Both the position numbers and the translations under genes were made by a program. From Chlorokybus atmophyticus (lineage: Eukaryota > Plantae > Mesostigma and Chlorokybus algae), in NCBI GenBank assembly GCA_009103225.1, contig RHPI01003642.1:455116-519115 (forward strand): DNA of 64,000 nt, given 5' to 3'. The stretch's first letter is position 1. Every line of letters begins with the position of its first letter. Positions 51,701-62,399 of the stretch are shown here, piece after piece. The notes beneath the pieces were generated by a model. That model was not told where the DNA came from, did no database searches, and saw nothing but the letters and a program-made list of their open reading frames with translations.

Positions 51701-51915
51701 TCGTGTTTATCCGCTGGTACACGAAGCTGGATGTGACGAGCGACACAAAGTGCATCGCTCTGGATTGGGAAAAGCGTCGAGGCGGTCCACATCTCGATGT
51801 CGTGACTCTGGAGCAAGTAAAAGACATTGTCCAGCTGCTCCCCATGTTTGACAAGGACAGCGCCCGTGTACAAAAGGGCAAGTATTGGGTGAACGTTCAA
51901 TGCACTTCAACGTGA
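48778..51915 (+). CDS. Plavaka-family (CMC-related) transposase, multi-exon, apparently intact or nearly so
   Basis: N-terminal CLYC..H..C zinc finger; DWWKDV..APAILYSDKTTL..YPLMASLAN; GLQLIDPNGIERRVFPPLANYISDLQE; CDVC; PDAMH; MHQLTH..FSANRMEQTH; C-terminal VFIRWY. One junction at ~50630-50720 needs a GC donor or has a 4-bp frameshift. Confidence 0.82.
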
Positions 51916-52118
51916 CACATGTACTTGTCTCACTACTCTGAGTTTGGAGCATTTCAGTCAGTTAGGCATTGCTAATCGTATGCTAAGACTTTTGCATGTG
52001 GACGTGTACAATACCGGGCAGCTGGCACTGCACAACTGTCACCACAATTGAATGTGCCATGCAACATTCAACAATCAATCCGCCGTGTGGCATTAAGCAT
52101 CAATACAGTGCACCACAT

Positions 52119-53841
52119 CTAAGCCTCATAGTTCCATGACACAGGAGGGTAGTCACAGCGCATATCCATTGTTTCAAGCATGAGACGCCCTATGCACTCC
52201 GCCATTGCGGGAGGAACTGCATTCGCTATGGAAACGGCCGAGGTCATCCATGGCACTCCCAGCGCTGTTTGCCACGCAGCAATGCCGCCCCTGGTGCTTG
52301 GAAGGCCATAGACCGGGTACATTTGCTGTGGCGCGTTTGATGTCACGATTGTCTTCTTCGCGCTAGCGGACAGGTGCGGCGATAGCAGTCCAACTGCCTT
52401 GCCCGCGTGCGAGCAGTGTGCTGGTGGGGTAGCTACGACTGGCTGTGTCTCAAACAGACGGTGTCGGAAAGTTGATAGGCCAAACATCGTGCCACAAAGG
52501 GACTGATTGGGTCTGAATGAGGAAGCTGCTCCTGGCACATTCTCAATCACAAACTTGACCTGACTTGCAAGCAGCAGACGTCGGATGAGCGGTATCATAT
52601 CCTGGTGTCTCCAGGATGTGTCATGTGCCGCCCGTTGAGGTGCCGGGATAGCACCTGAATAGGCCTGGCATGGTGGACTGGCCTAGATGAGCTCGTACTC
52701 GCTCAGCTCTCCTGCACTCAGGGTGCATACATCGCGGTGTATGAAGGGCAGCGGGTACTCAAAGGAGGGACTTATGTCCATCCCGGTCACGTCAAAGCCT
52801 GCGTGGTATAGACCGCCACTGGCACCGCCACCGCCGCAGAATAACTCGAGTGCCCTTGGTCTGCGTGTGCGTCCAAGCTTGTTGTCAAATGGCGTGTGTG
52901 TGGTCAAGGCTGGCCGTGGTGCTGGCCAGGGACTAACAATGATGCCGTTCGGGCTTACTTTGCGACTGACGTTCTCCCCTCCAGCGCGCAGAACATGGCG
53001 TGCCCCGTCAACTGATGTGAACGCGAATGCGTTGTGCCCTTTGAAGTTGATGGTTTGTGGTCGATCACCGTCATCGAATACTATATGGTGCTGCCCTGCA
53101 AAGACATTTTTCATTGCACCATGCATATATGATGCGTCCTCAATCTCGCACGCCAGGAAGCGATGCTGACTTGACGCTTGCTTGAATGATTCCACAACGC
53201 CCGCATACCATTCCCCATCCAGCGGCCAATGCACCACGACACTCATACCGATCAGCTGCTCGCATCCCAACTTAATTGCATTCCGCAGCCGATTCAGTGC
53301 GCTGTCCAATGGTCGATGGTCTGCCTCCTCTACAGCGGCCAGGGGATGGAACCGCCCACGCCCACACCGTGGAAGACTGCTCTGAATGCGACAACAGCTT
53401 CGGCATGCATGAAATAAGCATACGCCCAACATAACATGCAGTGATACGTCGCGGTCCACTCAGCCGAATTACCTCCACAGCATCCACCACCTGTCCACTA
53501 ACCACATGTCCCGGTGTTGTCCATGTGAAGAAGCGCATGGGTTCCCCTCGCCACTCGAAGCATGAGCGCGATTCGCACACGCACTGCACGCAATGGAAAA
53601 ACTCGGGTTCCTTGCACAGCACGTGGCCGAGGCGGCAGCAAAACACGTCGACATTGTGTGTGGTGTGATGCCAGCAATCAGCACTAACACCGTGGCACAC
53701 CGTCTGCACTCGCTGGCATTCGGTCAAGTGTGCTCGCATCTGCTGCCTACGGCCATTGGCACATACGTACGCATTGCATTGTGGGCACACCAAGCATGGT
53801 CTCCTAGGTGAGGGGGATTCAACTGCTGCCGCCGACATCAT
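52119..53841 (-). pseudogene. C5-cytosine DNA methyltransferase B, same Cys/His-Tudor-MTase architecture as copy A; one premature TAG
   Basis: CPQC..H..C..CWHH..CVQCVC..FEWRGEPM; Tudor-like LIGMSVVVHWPLDGEWYAGVV..HHIVFDDG; ALELFCGGGG, *ASPPCQ (TGG>TAG at 52683-52685), IENV, LCGTMF, RHRLFE, NAVPPAMAECIG. Confidence 0.9.
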
Positions 53842-53879
53842 GCAAAATAGGAATCGGCACGGCTGCCCACAAACTGAGC

Positions 53880-54065
53880 GAGACTTTAGGGTATGGGCAT
53901 CAATTTAGGGTTGCCAGCTTACGAACCCTAAATGGGTCAAACTTCAAGTGAAGCACGACTGTACCTTATACGCTATTGCAGTACCATGCATGGTACTACA
54001 TCAACATGAATGGTACTCTATCTGTTAATGGTACTACAGTACAAGGATACTCGCATACTACCACG
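53880..54065 (-). promoter_or_regulatory. Upstream region of methyltransferase B: telo-box-like motifs plus ATGGTAC cluster
   Basis: TTTAGGGT twice and AACCCTAAA once (53884-53932); four ATGGTAC/GTACCAT copies (53980-54036). Confidence 0.5.
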
Positions 54066-54324
54066 ATCGTAGAGTAATATTGTGCTGTCATGCTATGGAA
54101 CCCAGAGCGCTGTCCGAGTTTGTTGCTGTCAACCACGCTCTAAACCAGCGAGGTATGCAAGCCATGCACTGACTCATGCGCCGGGCAGTCATTATACACA
54201 TGTACAGCCAATGCTTCTGACAACAGCAGATCTTTGGTGCACCATGCACCATGCTGCGACTATACATGTACCTACATGGTTCACAGGAAGCCAACACAAA
54301 ACTACAATACATGCACAATTGGCA

Positions 54325-55335
54325 TCAAGGCGGGGGCCAAATCACCGCCGACACGTTGGCGTCTTGCATCAGGCGTGGCGACCAAAACGGGTGAGGTTGC
54401 TTGCAGAATGGACACGCTTGTAGATTCTTTGATTTATTTGCCACAGTCTTCTGATGTGCTATGATGCAGACATGGCACATCGCTTTCTTGCAACAGGGCG
54501 TCTCCCCATCCGCTGGGGGGGGTGGCTCTTCAATGCGACAGATCAGCACACATGGTGCACGCGGGTGTGCAAGCTGCCTCTGCCACCAAACTCTGTTATC
54601 GCGTTGCAGGCGTAGCGACTCCCATCTGAATGGCGCAGCAAAACGCTCCACTGCCTGCTTGATCACCTGTTGCCCATCTGCCGCCATACACCACCTGCTG
54701 GTCTTGGTAGTCTCGTCCAGCATGCGTTCATCCAGGCCCTCGACATAGCTGTCGTCACTCGTGTACTCCCCCGCATCATCATTTTCTTCGAGCTTCCACA
54801 GAATCAGCTCGACGTGCCGTATGACATACAGCCCCTGCCAGCCAAAGCATGCCAAGTACAGCTCGAATGGTTTTACTTGCCACCCAGTATGTTTGCTCAG
54901 GTCGTGGCACACATCTCGACCCGCATTAGTCGACATCGACAGGTACATCTGCTGCAGCAGGTCGAAGTTCTGCTCCGCAGATAGCTCTTGCACATTGCCG
55001 GGTTGCTGCGGCAGCAACAACACCATTATATCAAGGACGGCGAGGGGCAACAACGTACTACGGATGGCCATATCGTGTATGGGTTCCAACCACGGCCAAT
55101 CCCCAGAGGTCTGTTTAGACCGCACTTTCCGCGTTTGCTCCCACTTATTGCATACTTTCGTCACCCACCTCGAGGCATGCCGCATGCGGTGATGCAGCGC
55201 GTCTTGGGCGTATTGTAGGGTGATCAACTCCTTTGCACTACGAGTTAGCCCCTCAAAGCGTCTGCGCGTCGGTGCTTTGAGCTTAGGCAGCTCGTGCCGC
55301 ACCGGCTGTCTCTCTGGACGATGCTGAGCAGCCAC
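54325..55335 (-). CDS. 336-aa single-exon protein with a C-terminal RING-like Cys cluster
   Basis: PCVLIC..TPCCKKAMCHVCI..ACPFCKQP; open reading frame; N-terminal part unrecognised. Confidence 0.6.
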   Translation of the reverse strand: MAAQHRPERQPVRHELPKLKAPTRRRFEGLTRSAKELITLQYAQDALHHRMRHASRWVTKVCNKWEQTRKVRSKQTSGDWPWLEPIHDMAIRSTLLPLAVLDIMVLLLPQQPGNVQELSAEQNFDLLQQMYLSMSTNAGRDVCHDLSKHTGWQVKPFELYLACFGWQGLYVIRHVELILWKLEENDDAGEYTSDDSYVEGLDERMLDETTKTSRWCMAADGQQVIKQAVERFAAPFRWESLRLQRDNRVWWQRQLAHPRAPCVLICRIEEPPPPADGETPCCKKAMCHVCIIAHQKTVANKSKNLQACPFCKQPHPFWSPRLMQDANVSAVIWPPP

Positions 55336-55393
55336 TTGACGCTGTAAACCCGCCTGTGCCTACTCAGGACACACAGTCAGCCCCAGTGAGGCT

Positions 55394-58340
55394 TCAAGGC
55401 GCTGTGCTTCTTCTATTGTTGTAACGATGCCACACCTTTCCTTTTTTTGGCCTGTCAGCGTCCTTTGTTCCAATAACCTTCTTCTTTTTTTTTGGGTCAC
55501 CATGCACATCCTGGCAGGCGCTCTCCGTGGCACTGTCACTCAGAGGAGGTAAGGCGTTATCTTCTTGCTCTACAGCCTTGCGCTTGTTGGTTGCCTCCTG
55601 TTCCTCCACGACCTCATGTTGCTTCATGAGGTCGAGCATGAAGCCTTTGTCTTTCAGCGCAGCTTTCAAGACACCTCGATTAATCTCTTTACCAACAAGA
55701 CAGGCTGGGATCAATGTGGCAAGCTTAGAGGGAGAGGGCGAGCTACAGCTGCTTCTTGATGGAGATGCCTCCGGATGGTCAGAGTGGGGTGGCAAGTGAG
55801 TCTCCGCGGCAGGAAGGGAGGGTGCTGAATTGGGATTGCGAGCATGTGGCTGTGGTTGAGGGGAGGCAGGATGTGCAGAACACTCGGCTACTTCTTGCCC
55901 AGCACACGAAGGCGAGGCCTGAGGCGTTGGCGCAGCACTCTGGGTCACAGCCGGTGGTAGCGGGGAATTGGCAACGCCATTCCGCCACTCTCCGATTAGG
56001 TGTGTTACCTCCGGTGGCAATTCATGCATAGGCCACGACCACTGTTCGGTGCTTGTAGGCTTGAAGAGCCAAAAGTGTGCTTCTGGCTCATCAGGAGCAG
56101 TGTTGCCCACCACCAGGACTGAGTTGGGGGCTTCTTTATTTCCAACCCAAACTGCGCTGCCGGGCCGTGGCACCCACTCCCCATGCTCGCGCCGAACGGT
56201 CACGCAGCCAATCAACAAGCCCAGCTTGTTGGCAAACATGGTCATCTGCAGGTGCTTGACGTACACATCTTTTCTCCGCACAATCTGTTGCACCTTGGCC
56301 ATGGCTAGGTCAATGTTGCAATTGACATCAGCCAACATGGTCGCAGGCAGTTTGTCGTAATACTGCGCCATCTCTCCCGTGGCACCAGTGGCTCTGCAGA
56401 AGTCTAGGATTCTGCTCGCCACGCCTGCATCAACAGCCTTGGCGGTGATTTTGCGGAGAGTGTGCCCCCTGCCATCGTCGTCCATGGTGTCCAGCATGGC
56501 CCAAAATCTGCTCGAGCTGGGGCACTTGTGATCATCCATGACACTTTGCGCTATGGATGGCCTTGCGCGAAATGCACAATGGTAGAAGCAATTACCATCC
56601 GCTGGCGCATTGAAGTGGTCCATTGAGGCGAGCTGGCCACCTAGCATGACTGATGGCCGTATGCGTGTTGCGGCCAGCTCCTCTGATGACTCATTGGCAG
56701 GTGGTGACCCCTGCTGCATGCGCATACAGCACTCAAATGGTGTGTCCAATTGTGGACGGCAAGAGTCACAGTGACTGATAAAGTACCTTAGTTTCGGGCA
56801 GACTGCAGGCTTCAACTTGCAGCGGGTGGGGTAAGGTAGGTGCAGAAGCCACATCGGTTGTTGCATTGTGCTGTGGTCTCGCCGGAAGCGGCAAGAAGGA
56901 TTGTTGCCCCGCAATTACCGGTGCTGCTCGTGGAGGAGATGGCAGTGCATGAAGGACTGGTGCCGCGGAAGATGGTTGCGCTCTGGCTGCGAGGGGAGCA
57001 AGAGCGGCAGGTGAGACCACTTGTGCATGCAGCAAGGGGGGCTGTATACAGGACCCAGGATAAGATGGCTCACAATGTTGCAAAGGACGAATATAAGCTT
57101 ATGCAGTGCCTGCCGCATTGTTACCAAGGCACGAGCATAAAAGACAGCGACTTACCTCAATGGCCCGTGGGCTGCATGGAGCAGGGGAAGCCATGGGGGC
57201 TGACAAGGTGATATTGGGTGCACTCTCCCCGCCACCCTCGATCGCAGACTCGTCACGGAGCTCGTGAGCCATGGGCACATCATGCGCCACTGCCCCAATG
57301 GACATGTCGGGATTCAACAAGCCAACATGCATGTTAAACTGATGCCGCATTGCCGCCGCGCCCATCAGCAAGTGGGATTGAAGGACCAGTTGATTGGATT
57401 GAATCCAGGCTTGCATAGGAGCTCCAATATGACCTAGTGCACTGTGGTGCTGTCAAACAATCACATGTGGGTTAGCTGCATGCTTGCGACACTGCAAATG
57501 CAGCAGTCAACTGCGTCACACCGTCAACAGTTGGTTGCTTCGAACAGTCACCTGCGGCATTGCTGGTTGATGCACGAATGATTGCATGGACTGCGTCATC
57601 TGTGGTTGATGCACTATTGGTTGAATGCCGGACGAATGGCCACGCGTTTCTGTGCTCAAACCCAGCCTACTTCGTTCGGCACGCGCACGCGATTTTGCAC
57701 GCTCACGCACAACCTAGCATGCAAAGGTAGGCATGCATTGGAGGTGCATGCAGTCAACATGCACAGCGAGATTGACAACAACATACCGCCGCCCAGCTCT
57801 GTCTATCTGCTCTGGCTTCCGCAATGTCGGCTTGACTGTAGGGTGGGTATGGGTGAATAGTGGAGGCCTGCAGCCATGCTACATATATCACATGGACTGC
57901 GCTAAAAAACAAATTGCTCTTGCAAGGAAATGCATGTGACTGTTGAGCGTACCTCTGCATTCCTTTGTGCTTGTTCCCACAGCCGCAATTGGTCCCGCAT
58001 GGTTCTGACAAGGGGCTTCAAGGACTGCAGCTCCTGATCCACTCCTTGTTGCAGAAAGCGAGCCACCAAGCAGCTCTCTGTGTGAAGATGGTCTTTAATG
58101 GCTTGCCTGCTGGTTTGTCCAATGTTGGTGATGCATGTTGGACAGCCCCATTGCTGACGCCTGCCATGATCCATCACGTGGCGACCGGTAGTAGCTGGCT
58201 TCGCTGCTTGAACTCTTACGACCACAACTTCTCGCAAGATGTGCCACGCCGCCGCCGCTGCCGCCGCCTCCTCCGACTCCTGGTCGAACCCAAGCCCATC
58301 AAGCCTGACATTCGACCCGTCATCGACCTTGTGCCCCTGC
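55394..58340 (-). CDS. OTU-like peptidase gene (multi-exon); upstream exons include a CPTC..H..C zinc-finger-like segment
   Basis: APADGNCFYHCAFRARP..DVYVKHLQMTMFANKLGLLIGCV..GNTAPDEPEAHFW in ORF 55394-56914. Joining of the upstream exons (57.0-58.3 kb) is inferred, not resolved. Confidence 0.68.
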
Positions 58341-58424
58341 GTGCCATCATCCGGCCATCAATGAAGCGTGTTTGGGTGAGTGTACGCTAACTCCCATTTG
58401 GGCTGATCGAGCAATGCCTCTGTC

Positions 58425-59050
58425 GTACCATGGATGTCGTACCATGGATGGTACGACAGAGCCATTGTACGGCAATGGCTGGGGTTGGACGAGAGATGCC
58501 TCTGTCGTACCATAAATGTTACGACACAACCATTGTTACGAATGGTTGTACGAAGCATGGATGGCACGAATGCATAAGTCGTACCATTAACCATAAGAGC
58601 AAGGACGCACTACAAGTGCGACTCTAGTGCGGGACTCTAGACGTTCAAAACCGCCTCATTTTCGTTTTCGCGCCTCGTACATTCGGGCGGGCCAACCGGC
58701 GGCGGCAGCGTTGGAGGCGGCAGCGCCACTATCAGCTAAACAGGCGGCACCCAACTATCACACCGCCGTTTTTGGACCATGAATGGTCCGTACCCTCAGA
58801 CCGGGATTTCCCCCTGCTAAATGAAATTGGTGGACCTTGCATGGTCTGTTTTTCATCGACAGCCGGACCATTCATGGTCCAAATTTCACGTGAATGGTAC
58901 CATTGTCCCTTGGTACGGACCATTTAAGGTCCGGCATCAGGACCAGGTATGGTCCGGCCATCGGACCAGGGACTAAATCATATCACTACAATATTTCAAT
59001 TATAATTGGTCCGGCCAGCGAACCATGGAGCGAATTATATTGTGGACCAA
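58425..59050. repeat. Arrays of short inverted motifs: GTACCAT/ATGGTAC (58425-58590) then GGACCAT/ATGGTCC (58770-59050)
   Basis: At least five copies of each motif, many arranged as short hairpins. Confidence 0.75.
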
Positions 59051-59179
59051 TGTAAATATGAGTGCAAATGCAGTAAAGTTGAGACATCTTTGCCGGCGGC
59101 ACCGGCCACGCCCAACCTGCGGCGGACGAGGCCGCGGCCAGCTCCGCGGCGTTAGTGGAATGATTTGTCAAGAACACAC

Positions 59180-59236
59180 GCATCGACCGGATTCGAACCC
59201 AGAACCTTCAGCATATCTAAGCGCCCTAACCACTAA
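59180..59236 (-). pseudogene. tRNA-like sequence (A-box/B-box) split by the Harbinger; its 5' 11 nt lie at 62349-62359
   Basis: Empty site on minus strand: GCACTTG TAGCTTAGTGGTTAGGGCG cttagatatgctgaaggtt CTGGGTTCGAATCC GGTCGATGC. D-arm and T-loop are recognisable; anticodon arm is short and unpaired. Confidence 0.6.
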
Positions 59237-59261
59237 GGCCGGGTTCGCACTGGGGTGTTAG

Positions 59262-60157
59262 TTGGCGAGCTAGTAAGAAGAAGGCCTGCGAAGAAGGTGA
59301 TGAAGAGGCCAAGCCGAAGCGTGAGCGCGAGCCAGAATGGACACTCGAGGAGACCAATCACCTCATCCAATGTTGGCACAATGTGAACACAAGGATCAGC
59401 AACGGTGGTGCGTATCAGAAAAATAAGAATGAGAATTGCCGCTTTGGTGAGGTGTACTCTGAGTGCCTGCTGTATCCGGGGTTCCCCAACTGGAGCCGAG
59501 GCGAGAAGGCCTGCAAGAACAGGTAACTAGTGCTGCGCATGCAAGGTTCTGCATCATTGTCTGCTTGTACTCTTGAAGTGCATGCATTGCAGCGCTGCAC
59601 CTCGTCACACACAGTGCACGCACACCAATGTTGTACACGCGAGTATGTTGATTGGCTGATTGGTACACAGGTGGTTTGCATTGCGAGCTCAATACATGAC
59701 TGTACGGGGGTACATGAAGGAGAGTGGGAAGCCTTGTTACTTCAAAACAACACCCGCGCAGAGAGCAGAGTACGGCTAGAAGTCTCCACTCCTTATGAAC
59801 GAGTCCACTTTGTTTTATAGACTGCATGACATCCTAGGTGACTCGCACGCTGCTGACCCTGTTGCCAAGTACGATTCTGGTGATGTGGATGATGAGGAAG
59901 AAGGTGACCAGCGCATTCCCTCAACCGGCAAGCGGCGTAAGGTGCGAGGTGAGGTTACCTGGAATGAGGCACTCAAGCAAGACAGTCAGAGGCAGTTTGA
60001 GATGCAGCAACATCTGCAAGAAGGAGAGCAGACATGGGCGAGCAAAGAGAGCGCCCTTGATCGCAGCAGCTTCAAAGACACCATGCTGCAATTGGCAACT
60101 GTCTTTGGTAACGCAATTGCAGGTCTGAATTGTGCACCAGATACAGGTGCTACATAG
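59262..60157 (+). pseudogene. Harbinger Myb/SANT (trihelix)-like protein, 5'-truncated
   Basis: EWTLEETNHLIQCW..WSRGEKACKNR. No ATG or promoter between the TIR and the reading frame. Confidence 0.7.
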
Positions 60158-60198
60158 AGTAGTCAAGACAGAGTTAGTGCCTTGACAATGAGCAATTG

Positions 60199-61685
60199 CT
60201 AGACACCGCCCATTGTAAAAGTGTCAGCTAACAAGTCTCGCACAAAGTTTTCTGTGTTATCAAAGCCTTCATCGTTGAGGACTTCTGGTTCGTCACCCTC
60301 TTCAATATCGATGTTGGGGTCTGGCTCGTTGCAATCCAACAGGAAATTGTGTAGCACTATAGCCGCAACAACGGTTGTGGTTACGAACACGATGGATGTT
60401 GCTTGCGGGTGTGCAAGTATACGCCAACGACTTTTCAAGATGCCAAAAGCTTGCTCAATGCACATGCGCGCGGACGAGTGCTTGAAGTTGAATGTAGCCT
60501 TGCGTCGTGGCATGCGACCATGCCCACGAGAGCCAGGGTAAGGCGTAATGAGGTGAGGAGAGCTTGGATATCCAGCATCGCCAATGATGTATGGCTTGAT
60601 TTCATCCCCTGCATGTGGTGTCAGTGCGTGCGCGTGCATGTGCGCATGCGCACCCGCGAGTGCGTGCAGCACCATCATTCACATCACATACAGCCAGCAT
60701 GACTCAATGCACATACACGCAACAATGGCAATAGTGTTGCACTCACCTATGGGAAGTGTTGAACATGGGGCTTGAAGAACCTCACCATCACGTATGCGCC
60801 TGCAAAAGGTCGATCTAGCATACACACGAGCATCGTGAACACTCCCCGGAAAGCCAGCAGATATGTCGAGGAAGCGTTTATTCATGTCCACAATGGCCTA
60901 TGAGACAATCAACATTAGTGTACAAGAAGACCTTTATGCTGACACCAGCATGCAAAGAAGAATCAACTTACTTGCACATTGATACTGTGAAAGCCTTTAC
61001 GATTGTAGTACTCCGCCGCTTGTGGGATTCGAGGTTTTGCAATTGGAATGTGAGTGCCATCATCAATGGCACCGCAGCAACCGATCATGCCTTTTCAAAC
61101 TTGGAATCGTGTCATCACCACCCGGAGACGCTCGCCAGTAGGCCAAGTGATAGCGGTGCGCTCACGCCGAGCTAGTGTACCAAACATGTCACACTATATC
61201 TACAATTGTGCTAACACCTACTCCAAACAATTCAGCAAGTGTACGATAGGCTGTGCCGTGTCCAAGCCTATACAACCCTATAGCAACTCGCTTTTGCAGT
61301 GGTATGGCTTTTGCAATCGCGTGTCCTCGCGCTCAAGACATGTCAGCGAACGCACCAAAGAGTCAAATGTGGACTTGCCCATCCGAAAGTGAGTAACCCA
61401 GAGGTTATCCGACCATACACCTGTCACAAACCTCTCAAACCACACATCTTGTCGTGGAAATACATACCACAGAGACTGTTTTGTCTGCCTCCTCATGCTA
61501 AGCATGAATATTAGCCTGCGTCTAGAACGCCGCCTCTATGCCGCCATGTGTCGCTTGAATCGCAGTTGAGCTCGCCTCTGAAACTGCTGAAGTGATGCCT
61601 GCCAGCGATACACAGCTACAGCGACAACGACAAGGAAGAGCTGCATCACCACCACCCTGGCAGCTGCAAGCTCTTGTGGACTCAT
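60199..61685 (-). pseudogene. Harbinger DDE transposase (DDE_Tnp_4-type)
   Basis: HFRMGKSTF, GAIDGTHIP, YYNRKGFHSINVQ, PGSVHDARV, IIGDAGYP, ARMCIEQAFGILKSRWRIL; premature stop and frameshifts in the N-terminal half. Confidence 0.92.
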
Positions 61686-62399
61686 GTTGCCAGGCATGAG
61701 CACTACCTGAACAGAGACATATGTTCAGTTGTAAGCATGCAAAGTGCCTGTGACGCCGTTGTCAGCGTAGCATCATCACCTCATGCGCACTCATGCATTG
61801 AGTGATGCGTGCATGCTGACAATGCATGCATGTGCGCTATGTTGTAGTGCGTGTATGTGCATACGTGTGCATATGTGTTCGCATGATTATGGGTACACAA
61901 GTACGTGCGCTTGGATGTCGTTGCATGTGCTGCAGCTCATCAGCTCACGCAGGGCAACACGGCTGATCTGCAAGCCACTGGCAGCAAGTCGTCATACCTG
62001 GCCTGGCAAGAAGCTTAGCTTGTAGCCCACCACCTTCCCTGCGTTAAGCTATCAACGTATCACCTCATCAACTACGGTATCATGGCATAGCTGATGCCGC
62101 CGGCGCCGCCGCCACCGTCACCGTCGTCGCCGCCGCCGCCAAGGCCGACCCGACACCGCCTGGAGCAAGCACGTGTCACGTTTTGATTGCGCTTGTGTAG
62201 ACGGCAGTTAGCGCCAATCGTAGCAGTTGCCGACTAACAGCACAAGTCCGAACGGCGACTTAGGTCAGCGTTTGTGTTAGCCCTAAAACCGAGTGTTAAG
62301 GCGGCGCTAACACCCCAACCCTAACACCCCAGTGCGAACCGGGCCTAAGCTACAAGTGCACGTACCGGTAGGGTCGCATGGCAACCTATATCATATAGT

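Larger units (their letters stand above)
59237..62345. mobile_element. PIF/Harbinger DNA transposon, 3109 bp, defective
   Basis: 25-bp TIR GGCC(G/C)GGTTCGCACTGGGGTGTTAG with one mismatch; TAA TSD (59234-59236, 62346-62348); two convergent genes. Confidence 0.96.

Noticed and set aside
32973-52685. TAG read as Gln (non-standard code, as in some ulvophytes), since one MTase TAG aligns with Gln
   Set aside because: The other TAG aligns with Trp. Gln-rich host exons (KH, DUS1) show no in-frame TAA/TAG, and the SCL and CRAL-TRIO models end in TAG.
58608-58995. CACTACAA at ~58608 and ~58985 as classical CACTA termini
   Set aside because: No matching inverted partner or 3-bp TSD found.
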